Assembly (NCBI RefSeq): GCF_009914755.1
Contig: NC_060928.1
Length of the DNA: 64,000 bases
Origin: the human T2T-CHM13v2.0 reference genome, Homo sapiens
Reading direction: 5' to 3' (one strand)
Both the position numbers and the translations under genes were made by a program. The stretch's first letter is position 1; every line of letters begins with the position of its first letter. The notes beneath the pieces were generated by a model that saw only the letters and a program-made list of their open reading frames with translations, did not search any database and was not told the origin of the DNA. Shown piece by piece: positions 43,896 to 57,273 of this stretch.

Positions 43896-44246
43896 ATGTG
43901 GCCAGCAGACATCTACTTTTTAAGATGTGCCCTAGAGATCCTACTTATGAATTTCTTGTGACAATGAATCATCCTTACACACACACAACCATGGCAGATT
44001 TTTCCTTGGAGGCACTTGAATGCCTTGGTCAAATGCTGTATGCTCCGTCTGCTAGTACTCTACCTCCAGGGGCGGATTCTGATCTTTAGAGGACCTTAGT
44101 CGTTGAGAAGATTAAAGTGTCTTGAATGGGTAATTCAAAATAAAATATCTATATAGAGAGATAGAGGCATGGTCATACACATGTATAAAATAAGTGTAAG
44201 ACTAGCAAAGCTATTTTCTCATGCCGATAACTTTAATCTTTTTTAG

Positions 44247-44567
<321 letters not shown>

Positions 44568-45009
44568 TCAGAAAAATATCCTCCCCTTTCACTTTTAGAT
44601 GTCTCTGCTTTCCTGATATCCTTATCATGTGTTCTGTCTATTGCATAATTCAGAACTCTATTTATTAACAGTCTTCAAATAACTACAAGAAGAAAACATT
44701 CAAAGACATAAAGCTCTAGAATGATTCAGGTAGACTCTGAACTTTACCTTCATTGCTTGACCCTCTGGAGAACCTGGACTCATCTTTAGATAGGCTCTTG
44801 TTTAATTTCCTGAAGCTCTTACATTTATTGAGTGTTTATTATTTGCTATTGCCCATGCCAGAAACTTTATATATATCATCGCTTTTTAGTCTCACAAAAC
44901 TACTATGAATTAGAAACTACTTGCTCTTATTTATGCCCTGACAGAATCTAATGGAGTGCTGAGTACCAGGTACTCCATAAACTATGATTGTGCCTCTCAA
45001 TGTTTTAAG

Positions 45010-45200
45010 AGTTTACAATGTGCCAAGAGTTCTTCAAGTTACTTTGCATATATTAACTTATTTAATCATTAGAACAATATTTTCACCCTGATTTTACAGA
45101 TGAGAACACTGATATGCAGAAAATACCTCACCCGAGTTCACCCAGTGAATACATGGCAGAAAGGGGATTTGTAACCCAGCAGTCTTGGTTTAAACATTCA
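45010..45200 (-). mobile_element. MIR
   Basis: attttacagatgagaacactga...ggcagaaaggggatttgtaacccag. Confidence 0.75.
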
Positions 45201-45599
45201 CATATGTCTAACTAGAAAATGACACGTAAATAGCTTTATTAAATTTGCCCGATCTAAACTGAGTTAACGCTTTGTAAATTAGTGCCTTCAAATAAAACCT
45301 GTGTTGTGTTGTTCAGTGTCTCATGGATGATCTAACTTACGGTCCTCAACATGTTTAAATATGAGTTCTTCCCTCAGCATCAGTGTTAGTGGCCCTACTT
45401 TCAATTCCTCTTAGTTGACAGTATAGATGACAAAGTGCTCTGATTAAGCCAGTACTTAATAATTCTTGCAAAAATTCCTCAATTCCTTCTTATCATCTGT
45501 AAGACAAAATCCAAAATCCACAACTTGACCTGGCCTGCGCAGCCGCAGCCTCCTGCAATGATTACAGTCTTGCCACATGACTCTTCCAGTTTTCCCTGC

Positions 45600-45930
45600 A
45601 GGTCGGGAGCCTTCACGTGGAGGCATTTCCTCTGCTGAGAATGGTTCACCCCTTCCCCTTCCATCTATAACTGGTAAATCCCCACTCATGCTTTAGATCT
45701 CAAATGTAACTTCATCCAAGAACTCTTTGTTAATCCTCCAATTTTCACCAGGTCTCCTGTAATTCAACTTAGTGATTCCCTAAATGTCTCCTTCAGAGCA
45801 CCTATTATTTCATTACACAATTAGATGTGTATTTAGTTGTTAAGCACCTATCTCTGACAAAAACAGAGACACTTCTGAGAGCACAGACTGTCTGTTTTAT
45901 TCACTCCTGTATCCTCAGCACCTATTACGT
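45600..45930 (+). mobile_element. L2 fragment
   Basis: ctcatgctttagatctcaaatgtaacttc...ttattcactcctgtatcctcagcaccta. Confidence 0.6.
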
Positions 45931-48277
45931 AAAAGCAGGTGGGCACTTTTAGATTCCCATGACATAGACAGCTTTATCAATCCTCATCCCACATACAGGA
46001 TGAAAGTTTCTATTGTCCCATGAATCTTTGAAACAAGTGACTAATATTAATAACACCAATAATAGCTGACACTTAATAAGCAGTTTCTATTTTCCAGGCG
46101 CAATTTTAAGAGCTTTGAAATTTGGAACTCAGTTCATCTTTACAACATGTGAGATTGGTACTATGAGCTATGAGATTGGTACTATTAAGCATTCTGCTCA
46201 ACACATATATGCTACCCTCTAGCCAGGGGTTCAAAGATAGTGAAAAATTAGATGCTGCTCCCTTTTCACCCAGAGTAAACCCTATGGCCATGACTTAGTT
46301 CAAAATGATTCTCAGAAATCTTTCACTTGCTGAACAACCGGCGCAGCAGTTGAATATCCTTGGGGTTTCAGACCAGAGTACAAGTTGTCCTCAACCTCTG
46401 AGCAGTGATCACTGAGGGGAGAGGTTATGGCTGCAAGGAACCCCAAATTCAGCACATACAAAATGCAAATAGGAGTCAAAACAAGTAGCATTCCTTACAG
46501 AAAAGTGCCACTGTTTTTCAAATATGAGTGAACATTATGACTAGTAAACTTCAAATTCATTTGAAACTATTTCTCTGTTAATCACAATTCTCGTTATTTT
46601 CTAAACACTGAAAGAACTACCCTCATGGCCATTGTAAAGGATTCTCATAGTCAAATAGTTCAGGAGCTACTGCTACAGATAATCCATGAAGGACTATAGA
46701 CCATTATATCAGTTGTATTTCAACACTTACATTGCAACACATTCACACAACTTAGATATGACAAATGTACTAACTATATCTACATGTCATAAATGGTCTA
46801 TACACATGTACCTGAACTACATAGCAATCTTCCAACACCTTTCTCTAGCTTCCAGAACTCTTTCACTCAAATAAAAAATACCTAGCCTTCTTAGTTTAAC
46901 AAACTGTAAACAAACACTGTAAAGTTTTCAAAATTAATAATCACTTTCCCATATCTCCGATTCAAGATACTTTCATCACCATCTCTATATTTTTTGGAAT
47001 TAAAATTAGATTAATTACTACATAGTGATTTACTTTTAAATTAAGAAGAGGTGGGATGCAAGTTCTAAATAATACTGTAATCTAAAATCATCTTTCTTAA
47101 GAATGTGGCCATCACAGCTTAGAGACACATGCATGTTCCTCAAAGAATACTACAAAAAACAGACTATAATCCCGTTGCTCTACTGAGCATATACAAATAA
47201 TTTTACGTTTTAGGAAGTCATGATCTATGTCCAGTAACACATACTAGTTCCTTTGGGTTGCATGTAAAGATAGAACCACTTTCCAGGTTTGGCTCTGGAA
47301 AATTTAGAGAAAGGGGATAGCAAAAGGAGAGACAGAAAGACTATGACTAATAGGAAGACAAATATGGGGAATAAAGAAGTTTTTAGATTTCTAGGACATT
47401 AAAGAAATTTTCAAGGTTTATCTGACTTAAATCATAAGAAACTTAATGGATGCAAATTCCTAATGCACCTTGAATTTTTGAACAAATAAATTATAATACC
47501 AATTATAACTAAAAGTCAATTAACAAGCAAATTAGTAAAATAAATAGCATATACAATGGAGCAAAGTAAGGAAAAAAAAAGTGATACCTGGTGTCCAGTG
47601 AGTGCAGTTTTGAATACATAGAGGAAAATCTCAGGGACAAAGTGACATTTGTGCAAAGACCTGGCTGTAATGAAGACTGAAGTCATGAGGATGTGCCTTT
47701 TCTATCAGGGAGAACAAATCTGGGAATCTAAGAAGTGTAACTAAATTTAGAAAAAACATTGTATAATACACATTTTTGTCCTCAGACTTTAGTTCCACTA
47801 TGTGTGGGTTTCACCCCTTTGTATGGAGTTCTGATATAATAATCAAAATTGAGACTGAGAATTTGGAGGGAAAATTACACCTGTTTTCAACTAATTTGGT
47901 TTTTCATGTTGTGTTGCATATTTCATGTATTTGAATATTGGTTTTTCAGCTGTAACCCAAAAGAGCCCCTCTGGAAATGACATAGTACATCTCTGCAGAA
48001 TATATTTCCTGCATTTAAAAAATACACAATAAAAAAGTGACTCCATAGTGTCTGTGTTCCATCAACCATAGCCTATTTTCTAATTGCAATACATGTATGC
48101 TCATTTTAAAGTTGATTTTCTCTATATTTAAACATCTTAACAGACTTATTTTTAGATCTTTGCTTAGCTTGACTTTATTCCGTTTAGAAGAAGAGTATTT
48201 TGATATTTTGGAGAAATTTGTATGCTTATAATTAACTATTAAACATGGGACTGTATTTAAAATAAAAACTATTTTAA

Positions 48278-48393
48278 GGGGAGAAAAGAAAGAAGGAAGG
48301 AAGGGAGGAAGGAAGGAAGGGAGGAAGGGAAAGAAAGAAAGAGAAAGAAAGAAAGAAAGAAGAGAAAGAAACAGAAAGGGAAAGAGAGAAAGA
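48278..48393. repeat. Polypurine (GGAA)n/(GAAA)n tract
   Basis: About 115 nt, almost purely purine. Confidence 0.95.
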
Positions 48394-49416
48394 ATCCTGT
48401 TTTCACAAACTCAGTTTGAAGAAGATAAACTTATAACTCTAAATTTGCAAGTATCTTCAACGTGCCTGGTGTTTTACATAGAAGGAAACAAAGCTCAAGA
48501 TGTTACATTGGTAATAATAAGTTAACTAAGCAAGCATGTTGAATTATTAAATTTGGAGAATACATTGTGCTTATTATGTTACTTACCCTTGCAGTGAACT
48601 AGAAAATGAATGTGGTCATTCCAGACTGGTTAAATTGGAAATATATTTTATACAGATGTGTGTAATGTAGTTTCCTGGCAGAGGAATAATGCACACAACT
48701 TATATTTATAAGTATACAAATCTGGTTTTATATTACAATGCAGTTCTGTAAAATCAGATTTCCCCCTCTGCACTTTGGTTTTCACTTTCAGGATATACTT
48801 ACCTCCTTTTATCATTTAAAGTATCTTTATTAAAACACTATTTTTTCCAGATCCTTCAGAGTTGGTTTCATTTATGTGCAGGCTGAGGGTTGGGAATTGA
48901 ATAGGAGGGAATTTAAGAATAAACAGTGAGTGATCTATTTAAAGCCAAGGGATTCACCCTCCTTAATTAGTGCTAAATTGATTTTTACAAAATCCTATTA
49001 CTGCTGCCAACTTAGTTGAAATTCCAGTTCTTTTTCATTTTGTTTGGATCTTTTTTAATGCTAACTAATTGTATTCCCATCTGTTAAGATAGCTAGACAG
49101 CGCTAATGTGTCCGTTTCAGTTCCTTTGGCCATGTTCATTAGATTAATCTAGCCATGAAGACAATGAAAAATTTATCTAGACTAACTGTCCATTAACTTC
49201 TCTGATATCTTGGACTTTAAATGTATGTGTGTGTCTGCAGGTGTATATGTGTGTTTGTGTGTGTGTATTATATTGGTTTAGTTATAGTGCATTTATTTTG
49301 AGGGAAACTTCAGTGAACTAGATTTATTATGCAAATAAAATAAATTTTTGTTATATTTACTTTGGGGTTAATTAATACTAGCCATTATCCTCTACTTCAG
49401 AACCCAGAATAGAGTG

Positions 49417-49779
49417 CACTATAGACTGAAAGTTTATGTCCCCCAAAAGTTGCATGTTGAAACCTAATTCCCTTTGTGATGGTATTTGGAGGTGAGGCCT
49501 TTGGGAGGTATTTGGGTCATGAGGCTGGATCCCTCATGAATGAAATTAGTGGCCTTATAAAAGGGACCCCAGAGAGCTTTCTTGCCCCCTCTGGCATGTA
49601 AGGGACACAAGAAGACAGTCGTCTAAGAACCAGGAAGTGATCCCTCACTAGACACCAGATCTCCTGGAACCTTGATCTTGGGCTTCCTAACCTCCAAAAC
49701 TCTGAGAAGAAAATTTATGTTGTTTATCAGCCCTCCAGTCTACGGTATTCTGTTATGGCAGCCTTAATGGACTAAGGCA
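49417..49779 (+). mobile_element. MLT1A0-like MaLR solo LTR
   Basis: ctatagactgaaagtttatgtcccccaaaa...gactaaggca; TSD gagtg/aagtg. Confidence 0.9.
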
Positions 49780-49982
49780 AAGTGAGTCAAAAACTATTCC
49801 ATTCAAAGACTTGAAGTTTTGATGTGATAGCAACACAAAGGAAGCATGGAAAGGTGTAAATAATTCAAAATTAAATCACTGTTTATCAGTGTAAAAGTGC
49901 CATTGGATTGCTATTCTGGTACTAAAGGTAACTAAGACTTACGCTGCTTCTCTGGGCATCCTATAAAAGAATGATTAGTTAG

Positions 49983-50302
<320 letters not shown>

Positions 50303-50907
50303 AGTTAGTTAACAATTTTCTCAAGCCAAGACTCAGAAAGTCTGGGTGTCAGATCACTTCTGGAATATATTATTACCAGGAGATTATTATGTAATAAATA
50401 AGAAAGTGCACATCCGAAATTGGGCCTTTCATTTACCTTCAGTTGGTCCAAAGTGCAGTATGCTAAGAGGGATGAAAAGCACATTGAGATCTCACTGGGT
50501 ATGTCAATGCCCATAACCAATGGAGTTCGAGATTAGTCTCCAGCAAAGTTATCAATTAGTTAATGTTTGCTTTCAGCATCACTTCACCATTTCCTTTCCC
50601 GCTGGCAAGACTGCCTCAGAGCTAACTTGTATTGGAAATCATTCCCAGGTCATTCCATAATTTGGCCCTTTCTTCACCAATGGAAATTCAGACAAAAGCA
50701 AAGCAAGGCAAATTATTCTAAATGACACAGCAAAAGTTTTATGAACGTACAGAGGAAGAATACACATGGTATGTTGGACTGGCCAGGGAAGGCTTTCCAG
50801 AAACAGTAAAAACTGAGTATTTACTATGTGTTGGGAACTATGCAAAACACTTTACACATATTTTCTCTTTCATTATTATGACTACGTTATAAAGTAGGTA
50901 GTAGTAG

Positions 50908-51316
50908 TGAGGCAGAAGAATAGGGTCTGGAGGCAGGGAACGTAAGGCCAATGCAAGCTGACTTTCTACAACTAAATCAAATGGAAACACTTCAGCTATG
51001 ACAGGAAATAGCCTCTCTATTTACATGGGGCGTATACCGCGTAAATGACTTTGTAACTTTACTTCACCCTCTTCATTTACATAGAGCATACACCAAGTAA
51101 CCAATAGAAACCTCTAGAGGGTATTTAAGCCCCAGAAAATTTTGTAACGGAGGCTCTTGAACCGCTGTGCTCAGGTGGCTCCCACCCTGTGGGGCATACT
51201 TTCATTTTCAATAAATCTCTGCTTTTGTTGTTTCGTTCTTTCCTTGCTTTGTTTGTGCATTTTGTCCAATTCTTTGTTCAAGATGCCAAGAACCTGGACA
51301 CCCTCCACCGGTAACG
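50908..51316 (+). mobile_element. MER61/MER51-like ERV1 solo LTR
   Basis: tgaggcagaagaatagggtctggaggcaggg...aataaa...ccaccggtaacg; 4-bp TSD GTAG at 50904-50907 and 51317-51320. Confidence 0.9.
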
Positions 51317-52067
51317 GTAGTGACTCTTGTATCGTTAATAAAATGCAGGCTAAATTCAATTACATGTCATGTTTAAAATCATAGGTTCTTAGTGAGCTGG
51401 AAAGATCTCCTTTCATCCATAAGGAAGACCCTGGGTAGTTTCTTACAATCCTTTGTTAGCTAAAGCGAGAAGGGTGATGGTGATAGGCATGGGTTGGAGA
51501 AGGTCATCAAAGATATGGGGGTCCCTGCTTCTTTCTTAATGAGCAGAACCTTTGTAGATTTGCAATGAAATTTCTGGGCCTTGTTGAAACATGAAATTTA
51601 AATCTAAATACAACCAGAGAGCAAATATCAAGTTGAAGATAATGTTCTTTTAAATAATGTTTATGCACAAAATCACTAGATTGAAAACATTTTTGAATTG
51701 TCCATTGCCATTTGGCTGGTTTCTCAACTCTAAGTATGATATATGGATTTAATACTCTATTCTCTACCCCATGCCCATCATGATGACAGGAATTAACTAT
51801 CAAATTTAGATATTGAAGTGAAGCCCTGGCAGTCCAAGAAAATTACTTTAAGAAATAATTATGAGATGGTAACACAATTTCATACATTCCACGACTGAAC
51901 AAATAACATTATGAACTAGAAATCTAGCAGCCACACTAAATTACTTCCTTTTCCTCACCTCTAACAAATATCCTAGTGACTCTGTATCTGCAAATTTCTT
52001 TCCTATCGCCTCCTTTGTGGAGCTTCTACTTGTGACCTCTTCCAAGCTGTCAACTCTGAATTGTACA

Positions 52068-52915
52068 TTTATTCAATGCATACTTATTGAGCCCCTACTA
52101 TGTTCCTGACACTCTGCCAGGTGTTAAGAATAAAATAGAAAAAAAAACCAAAAAACAAAACTAGAACACAATTTGAACGTAAATTTCTGAAGGCTAAAAC
52201 CTTGGTTTCTGTTTGTCTCTTTTCACTGTTATATAGACAATTCCCATAACAGTGCCTGCCTCATAGAAGGTGCTCAATAATTATAGGCTGAGTGAATGAA
52301 AGCAGAATAAATCCCTATTCCCATGTAGATTATATTCCAGGGGTGGGGAGGGGAGGGGAGAGAGTTTGACAATTAGAAACAAACACGCAAATACTTGTAT
52401 CAGGTTACATGTTAATACTATGCATAGAAATAAGACAGAGTAATGGATATAGAAAGATCAAGCATTAAGAGGGATTCTTTTTAAAATAGGGCAGTCAAGA
52501 AAATATTCTCAAATGATATTTTATTTAGCAGGACCAGAAAGATTTGAGAGACCATATAGCAATGTGTGGAAAGAACATACGAAGGCTTTGAGTAAGGAAT
52601 ATGTTTAGCATTTTCATAGAACCAAACGACGAATCAGGCCAGAGCAGTGTGAGCCAAGGGAGAGGTGTAGAAATTAGGTCAAGTGAGTAGCAAGTCAGTA
52701 GCCAGCATCAGTTCATACAAAGCCTTGTTGTCCATGGGAAAGGCTGTGAATTTTAATTTGAATGAGATGAGAATAAATACATGGAAGCTATTTGAACGGA
52801 GAAATGATCTGACCTGTCCTTTAAGGTATGTTTTAAGTGGATGTCCCTGGGTAGCAAAGGAAGAAGCCGGAAGATAAATGAGGAGGTGATTACAATGGTC
52901 CTGGCAAATGATAAT
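52068..52915 (-). mobile_element. L2 remnants (antisense, with a short sense L2 end at ~52180-52300)
   Basis: attcaatgcatacttattgagcccctactatg...; tgcctgcctcatagaaggtgctcaataa...tgaatgaa. Confidence 0.65.
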
Positions 52916-53419
52916 GTCAAAATCTTAACTGAACTTTAGTAAAAGTCTTTATATTTCCTGTCTTAATCACAGCATTCTAGCCCAATCCAAATGCCAAAAT
53001 GACATTACTCATATGTAAATAAAACTGTGCTAATTCCCTGCTCAAAATTCTTTAAGTGTTTACTATAGTACAGAATTTCCAAAGTGATTCTCCTCATATT
53101 CCCTCACAACCTCCATTCTTTCATTTTCCATTCCTCATCTATTGATGAGGAATTTCTTAACATTTCCTTTAAAATGTTGCACCTTCGTGTGGCAAGTATC
53201 TTCCAAATCTCGTATCTATTGTTGACTGGAGCCTAAGGTATTGTCACAGCTAACAAAATACTTCTTGGGTACGTACTGAGTGCCACAGCCCTTTGGTCAA
53301 TTCAGTGTACACTTTGTGGGAGATCCAAATGCTAACTAGGTACCTAATACTTACATTATTTAATTTCAGTTGTGGGTTAGTACTACAGAGAAGTCCAGGC
53401 ACCCAAGAGCCTGTCAGTG

Positions 53420-53738
53420 GAGGACCCAAAACAATGATGATCTTGAAGGCCAGAGGAGTTAACTCTTTCGGGTTGTTTTAGAATTAAAAACTAAAAGATA
53501 AAAATTTACTAAGCAAAGGGTGAGGACCCAAAACAATGATGATCTTGAAGGCCAGAGGAGTTAACTCTTTCGAGTTGTTTTAGAATTAAGAACTAAAAGA
53601 TAAAAATTTACTAAGCAAAGGGTGAGGACACAAAACAATGATGGTCTTGAAGGCCGGAGGAGTTAACTCTTTCGAGTTGTTTCAGAATTAAGAACTAAAA
53701 GATAAAAATTTACTAAGCAAAGGGTGAGGAAACAAAAC
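53420..53738. repeat. 102-bp tandem repeat, ~3.1 copies
   Basis: Units start at 53420, 53522 and 53624, with a partial unit at 53726; only a few substitutions between copies. Confidence 0.97.
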
Positions 53739-54119
53739 TAATCCAAGAAGAGGAAAAAGACAACCAAAGCTCCCAAATTTCACAATCATATTTCAAAATG
53801 ATCCTGCTTATGTAACTCTATGAAGAAGTTAAATAAAGAAGAAGAAAAGAAAAGCTTAGAACATTTAACAATTATACTGTATTCTGATGCTTGCATGTTA
53901 TTTTGTTAATTTATTTATCTGTCAAATCTGAATTGTAAGTAAAGTTTGTATATATTGTTACACCATAGGTGATACAAATCTATGTAAATATGTCATGATT
54001 TCTGCTCTTATGTATAGTGATATCTATACTTTACAAGATAATTTACCATAATGGAGCAATAAAAGCACTAGAGGATGAGAGCTGCAATGGGAGAGGATCT
54101 TTCCTTCATTTCTTCATTC

Positions 54120-55130
54120 ATTTTTAATTGAAGTATATCAATGTACAATAAAATACACATGCCTAATGTGTACAAATTGATACATTTTGACATTAGGTAT
54201 ACACCTATGAAGGCATCACCACAATCTAAATAATAAATATAGTTATCACTATCCAAAGTTTCCTTTTAAAATTACACATACAGTTGTAATAGCCACTGTA
54301 ACATCTTTGTCCACTACATATTACATCTATGTCAGTTCCATGTCAACTTCAATTGATTGATTTTTCTCCTCTTTACAGGTGGCATTTTCTTGCCTCTTTT
54401 CCTGTCTGGTAATATTTGATATGTCCCAGAAATTGTGAATGTTAATTTTCTGGGTCCTGTATATTTTTTTTATTCTTAAAAATATTCTTGAGCTTTTTTG
54501 TCTGAGATTCATTTTAGTTACTTGGAAACACTTTGGTTCTCTCAAGTGTTGCTTTGAAGATGTTAGATGGACTGAGGAAATGCTCAGTATAGGGCTGATT
54601 TTATCCAATGAGGTTTTCCAGAACATGAGTGCAGATCATATTTCCAGAACTGCATGAGAACTGGACACTTTTACCTATAATCATTTTGGGGAATTATTCC
54701 CTTGGCCTCAGATATTTTCTCCATGTGTATGTGTTGGTCAACACTCAGATGAATCCTTGGTGGAACCCTTTTCAAATCTCTGGGGTTCTCTTGGTGCAGC
54801 TCGCTCTCTCAAGTATGCTGGCTTAAAAATTCTAGTCCCCTTGTTATCCCTGAATGCTCTGCTTCATGTCTGAATCTCAAAGAGTCCCCTAGCTTTATCT
54901 ATATTTTTCTTCCCTGCATCATGCATGAAGGGTCTCCAAAAGTAGTTCATTTGGAAAATTGTTATGTTTGCCTTGTTGTTTACTGTCTCAAAGGGATCAC
55001 TATTCTTTGTCACCTTGTGTCTACTGTCTTGAAAACTGCTGTTTCATTTTCATTAGGCTGATTTTTATATCAGCTCGGAAGGTAAATTCAATCCCTATCA
55101 TTCCATTTTGGCTGAAGGAATAAATTCCAT
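54120..55130 (-). mobile_element. Old L1M remnants
   Basis: ttttaattgaagtata...cacctatgaaggcatcaccacaatc (L1ME-type 3' end), followed by decayed L1M-like sequence. Confidence 0.65.
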
Positions 55131-56400
55131 TCATGCATTTATTTAATTTCTAATATGTGATATGGACTTGAGTGGACTGGGAAAGAGCAATGAAAAAAAA
55201 AATAGACAAAAAGTATTGCTTTTAGGCAGCTCACATTTAACATGAAGGGGCCAAACATTTTTGAAAAATATATGTACAATACGTATTTTTTAAAACTTAG
55301 ATTGTGGTAAGTAACATGTACAAAACAAAAGCTGGGAAGGAAGGTAGGAAGTACTCTCTAGAGATACATTTAAAATAGAGTGATCAGGCTTGGCACAGTG
55401 TGGCTCATGCCTGTAATCCCAACAATTTGGGAGGCCGAGGCTGGCAGATCCCTTGAGGCCAGGAGTTCGAGACCAGCCTGGCAAACGTACCAAAACCCCA
55501 TCTCTACTAAAATTACAAAAATTAGGCAGGAGTGATGGTGTACATCTGTAATCCTAGCTACTTGAGGCATAAGAACCGCTTGAACCCAGGAGGCAGAGGA
55601 TGCAGTGAGCAGAGACTGTGCCACTACACTACAGCCTGAGCAACACAGCAAGACTCATAAAAAAATAAAAGCAAAGCAAAGAAGAGTGGTCATGGAAAAC
55701 CATACTGAAAAGACATAGAGGCAGAGAGTAAACAATGTAGGCATCAGGGGGATAAGCTTTTCAGGCAGAAAGAACAACATGTCCAAAGGGCCTGAGCTGG
55801 GAGGATACCTGAGAGGAACGGGCTAAAAATATGTCTAAAGCATGTTGATTGAGAAGAAATGATTTGAAAGATGAAATTTGACAGATATGAGAACCAAATA
55901 TTCAAGAGCCTTGTGGGGTGTCTTAAATCTTTATTCTACATTCAGAGAGTGGAGAACTGCTGGGATATGCCATATGCCTTCACATGTGATTGTTTGGCTT
56001 CTCTCATTGTGGTAGAATAAAGCAGGGCAAGATCTGTAAGGAAGGGAAGTCTGAGGTGAGAGGACCCGTTCTTTGGCTGACTTTTGAAATGTAGGTGGGA
56101 GGTAGGAGATGACAGTACAACAGAACACAATAATAGCAGTAGAAGCAGTGAAAAAATATTGGTTTCTAGAAATATTTTGAAGAGTAAAACCAAGAAGAGG
56201 TTCTGATGGATTTGATATGGGGTATGGAGAGAGAAATTCTAGGATAATTCCAGGGTGTTTGGCCTGAGAAACTGGAGGGATAGGCTGAAGTTACCACAAA
56301 CAGAGAGAGGAATAGATTGGGGTTGAAGTGATGAGGAGTCTGTGTGCATTTAAAAAAAAAAAGTATTGAGGTAAGAAAGCCCATGGCAATTGTATAAAAT
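55130..56400 (-). mobile_element. L2, interrupted by an Alu
   Basis: cattcatgcatttattta...caggcagaaagaacaacatgtccaaagggcctgag...ggataattccagggtgtttggcctgagaaactgga. Confidence 0.75.
55387..55680 (+). mobile_element. Alu (J or old S)
   Basis: Dimeric and diverged; flanks agagtgatca / agagtggtca. Confidence 0.93.
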
Positions 56401-56451
56401 GGCCAGGAGCTGAGTTATCTGAATATCTGAATGGCATCAAGATTCATACTG

Positions 56452-56750
56452 AGCCAGGCGTGGTGACTCATGCCTGTTTCCTAGCCCTTTGGGAGGCCAA
56501 GACAGGCAGATCACCTGAGGTCAGGAGTTCAAGACCAGCCTGGCCAACATGGCGAAACCCTGTCTCTACTAAAAATACAAAATTAGCTGGGCGTGGCGGT
56601 GCATGCCTTTAATCGCAGCTACTCAGGAGGCTGAGTTAAGGGAATCGCTTGAACCCAGGAGGCGGAGATTGCAGTGAGCCAAGATCGTACCACTGCACTC
56701 CAGCCTGGGTGACACAGCGAGACTCTATCTTAAAACATAAAAAAAAAAAG
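56452..56750 (+). mobile_element. AluSx-like
   Basis: Full dimer; TSD aagattcatactg / aagattcacattg at 56439-56451 and 56751-56763. Confidence 0.96.
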
Positions 56751-56841
56751 AAGATTCACATTGAGATATAATAGTAAAAAAGAAAAAAATAGGTGTAAAG
56801 GTCAGTTTGTGGTCAGATCTCAGAAATCCTTCAATACCAAC

Positions 56842-57273
56842 CGCTATGGTTTCAATGAGTTCCCCATAAGTTCATGTGTTAGAAACTCGGTCCTCAATGC
56901 AGCAGTGGTGAAAAGTAGAGCCCTTGGGAAGTGATTGAATCATGAAGGCAATGCCTTCCTGAATGGATTAATTCATTCCATAGATTAGGGAATCAATGGA
57001 TCAGTGGTTGATCCAGGAAGTGAGTTAGTTATCACAAGAGTGGGTCTGTTACAAAAGCCAGTTTGGCCACCTATCATGAGCTCCCTCACCATGCGATGTC
57101 CTGCACCACTTTAGGACTTTGCAGAGTCTCCACAAGGAAGCTGGCCCTGGTCAAATGTGTCCCCTACACCTTGAACTTCCCAGGCTGCAGAACTGTAAGA
57201 AATACATTTCTTCTTTTCATAAATTACCTACTCTCAGGTATTCAGTTATAGCAACAGAAGATGGATCAAGACA
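56842..57273 (+). mobile_element. MSTC/MSTD-like MaLR solo LTR
   Basis: gctatggtttcaatg...ttcatgtgttagaaact...ttatagcaacagaagatggatcaagaca. Confidence 0.88.

Noticed and set aside
44060-44076. CTCF-like motif cctccaggggcgg
   Set aside because: One G short of the core spacing; weak match.
53420-53738. Regularly spaced repeats as a CRISPR array
   Set aside because: Units are contiguous with no unique spacers, there are no cas genes, and the context is primate.
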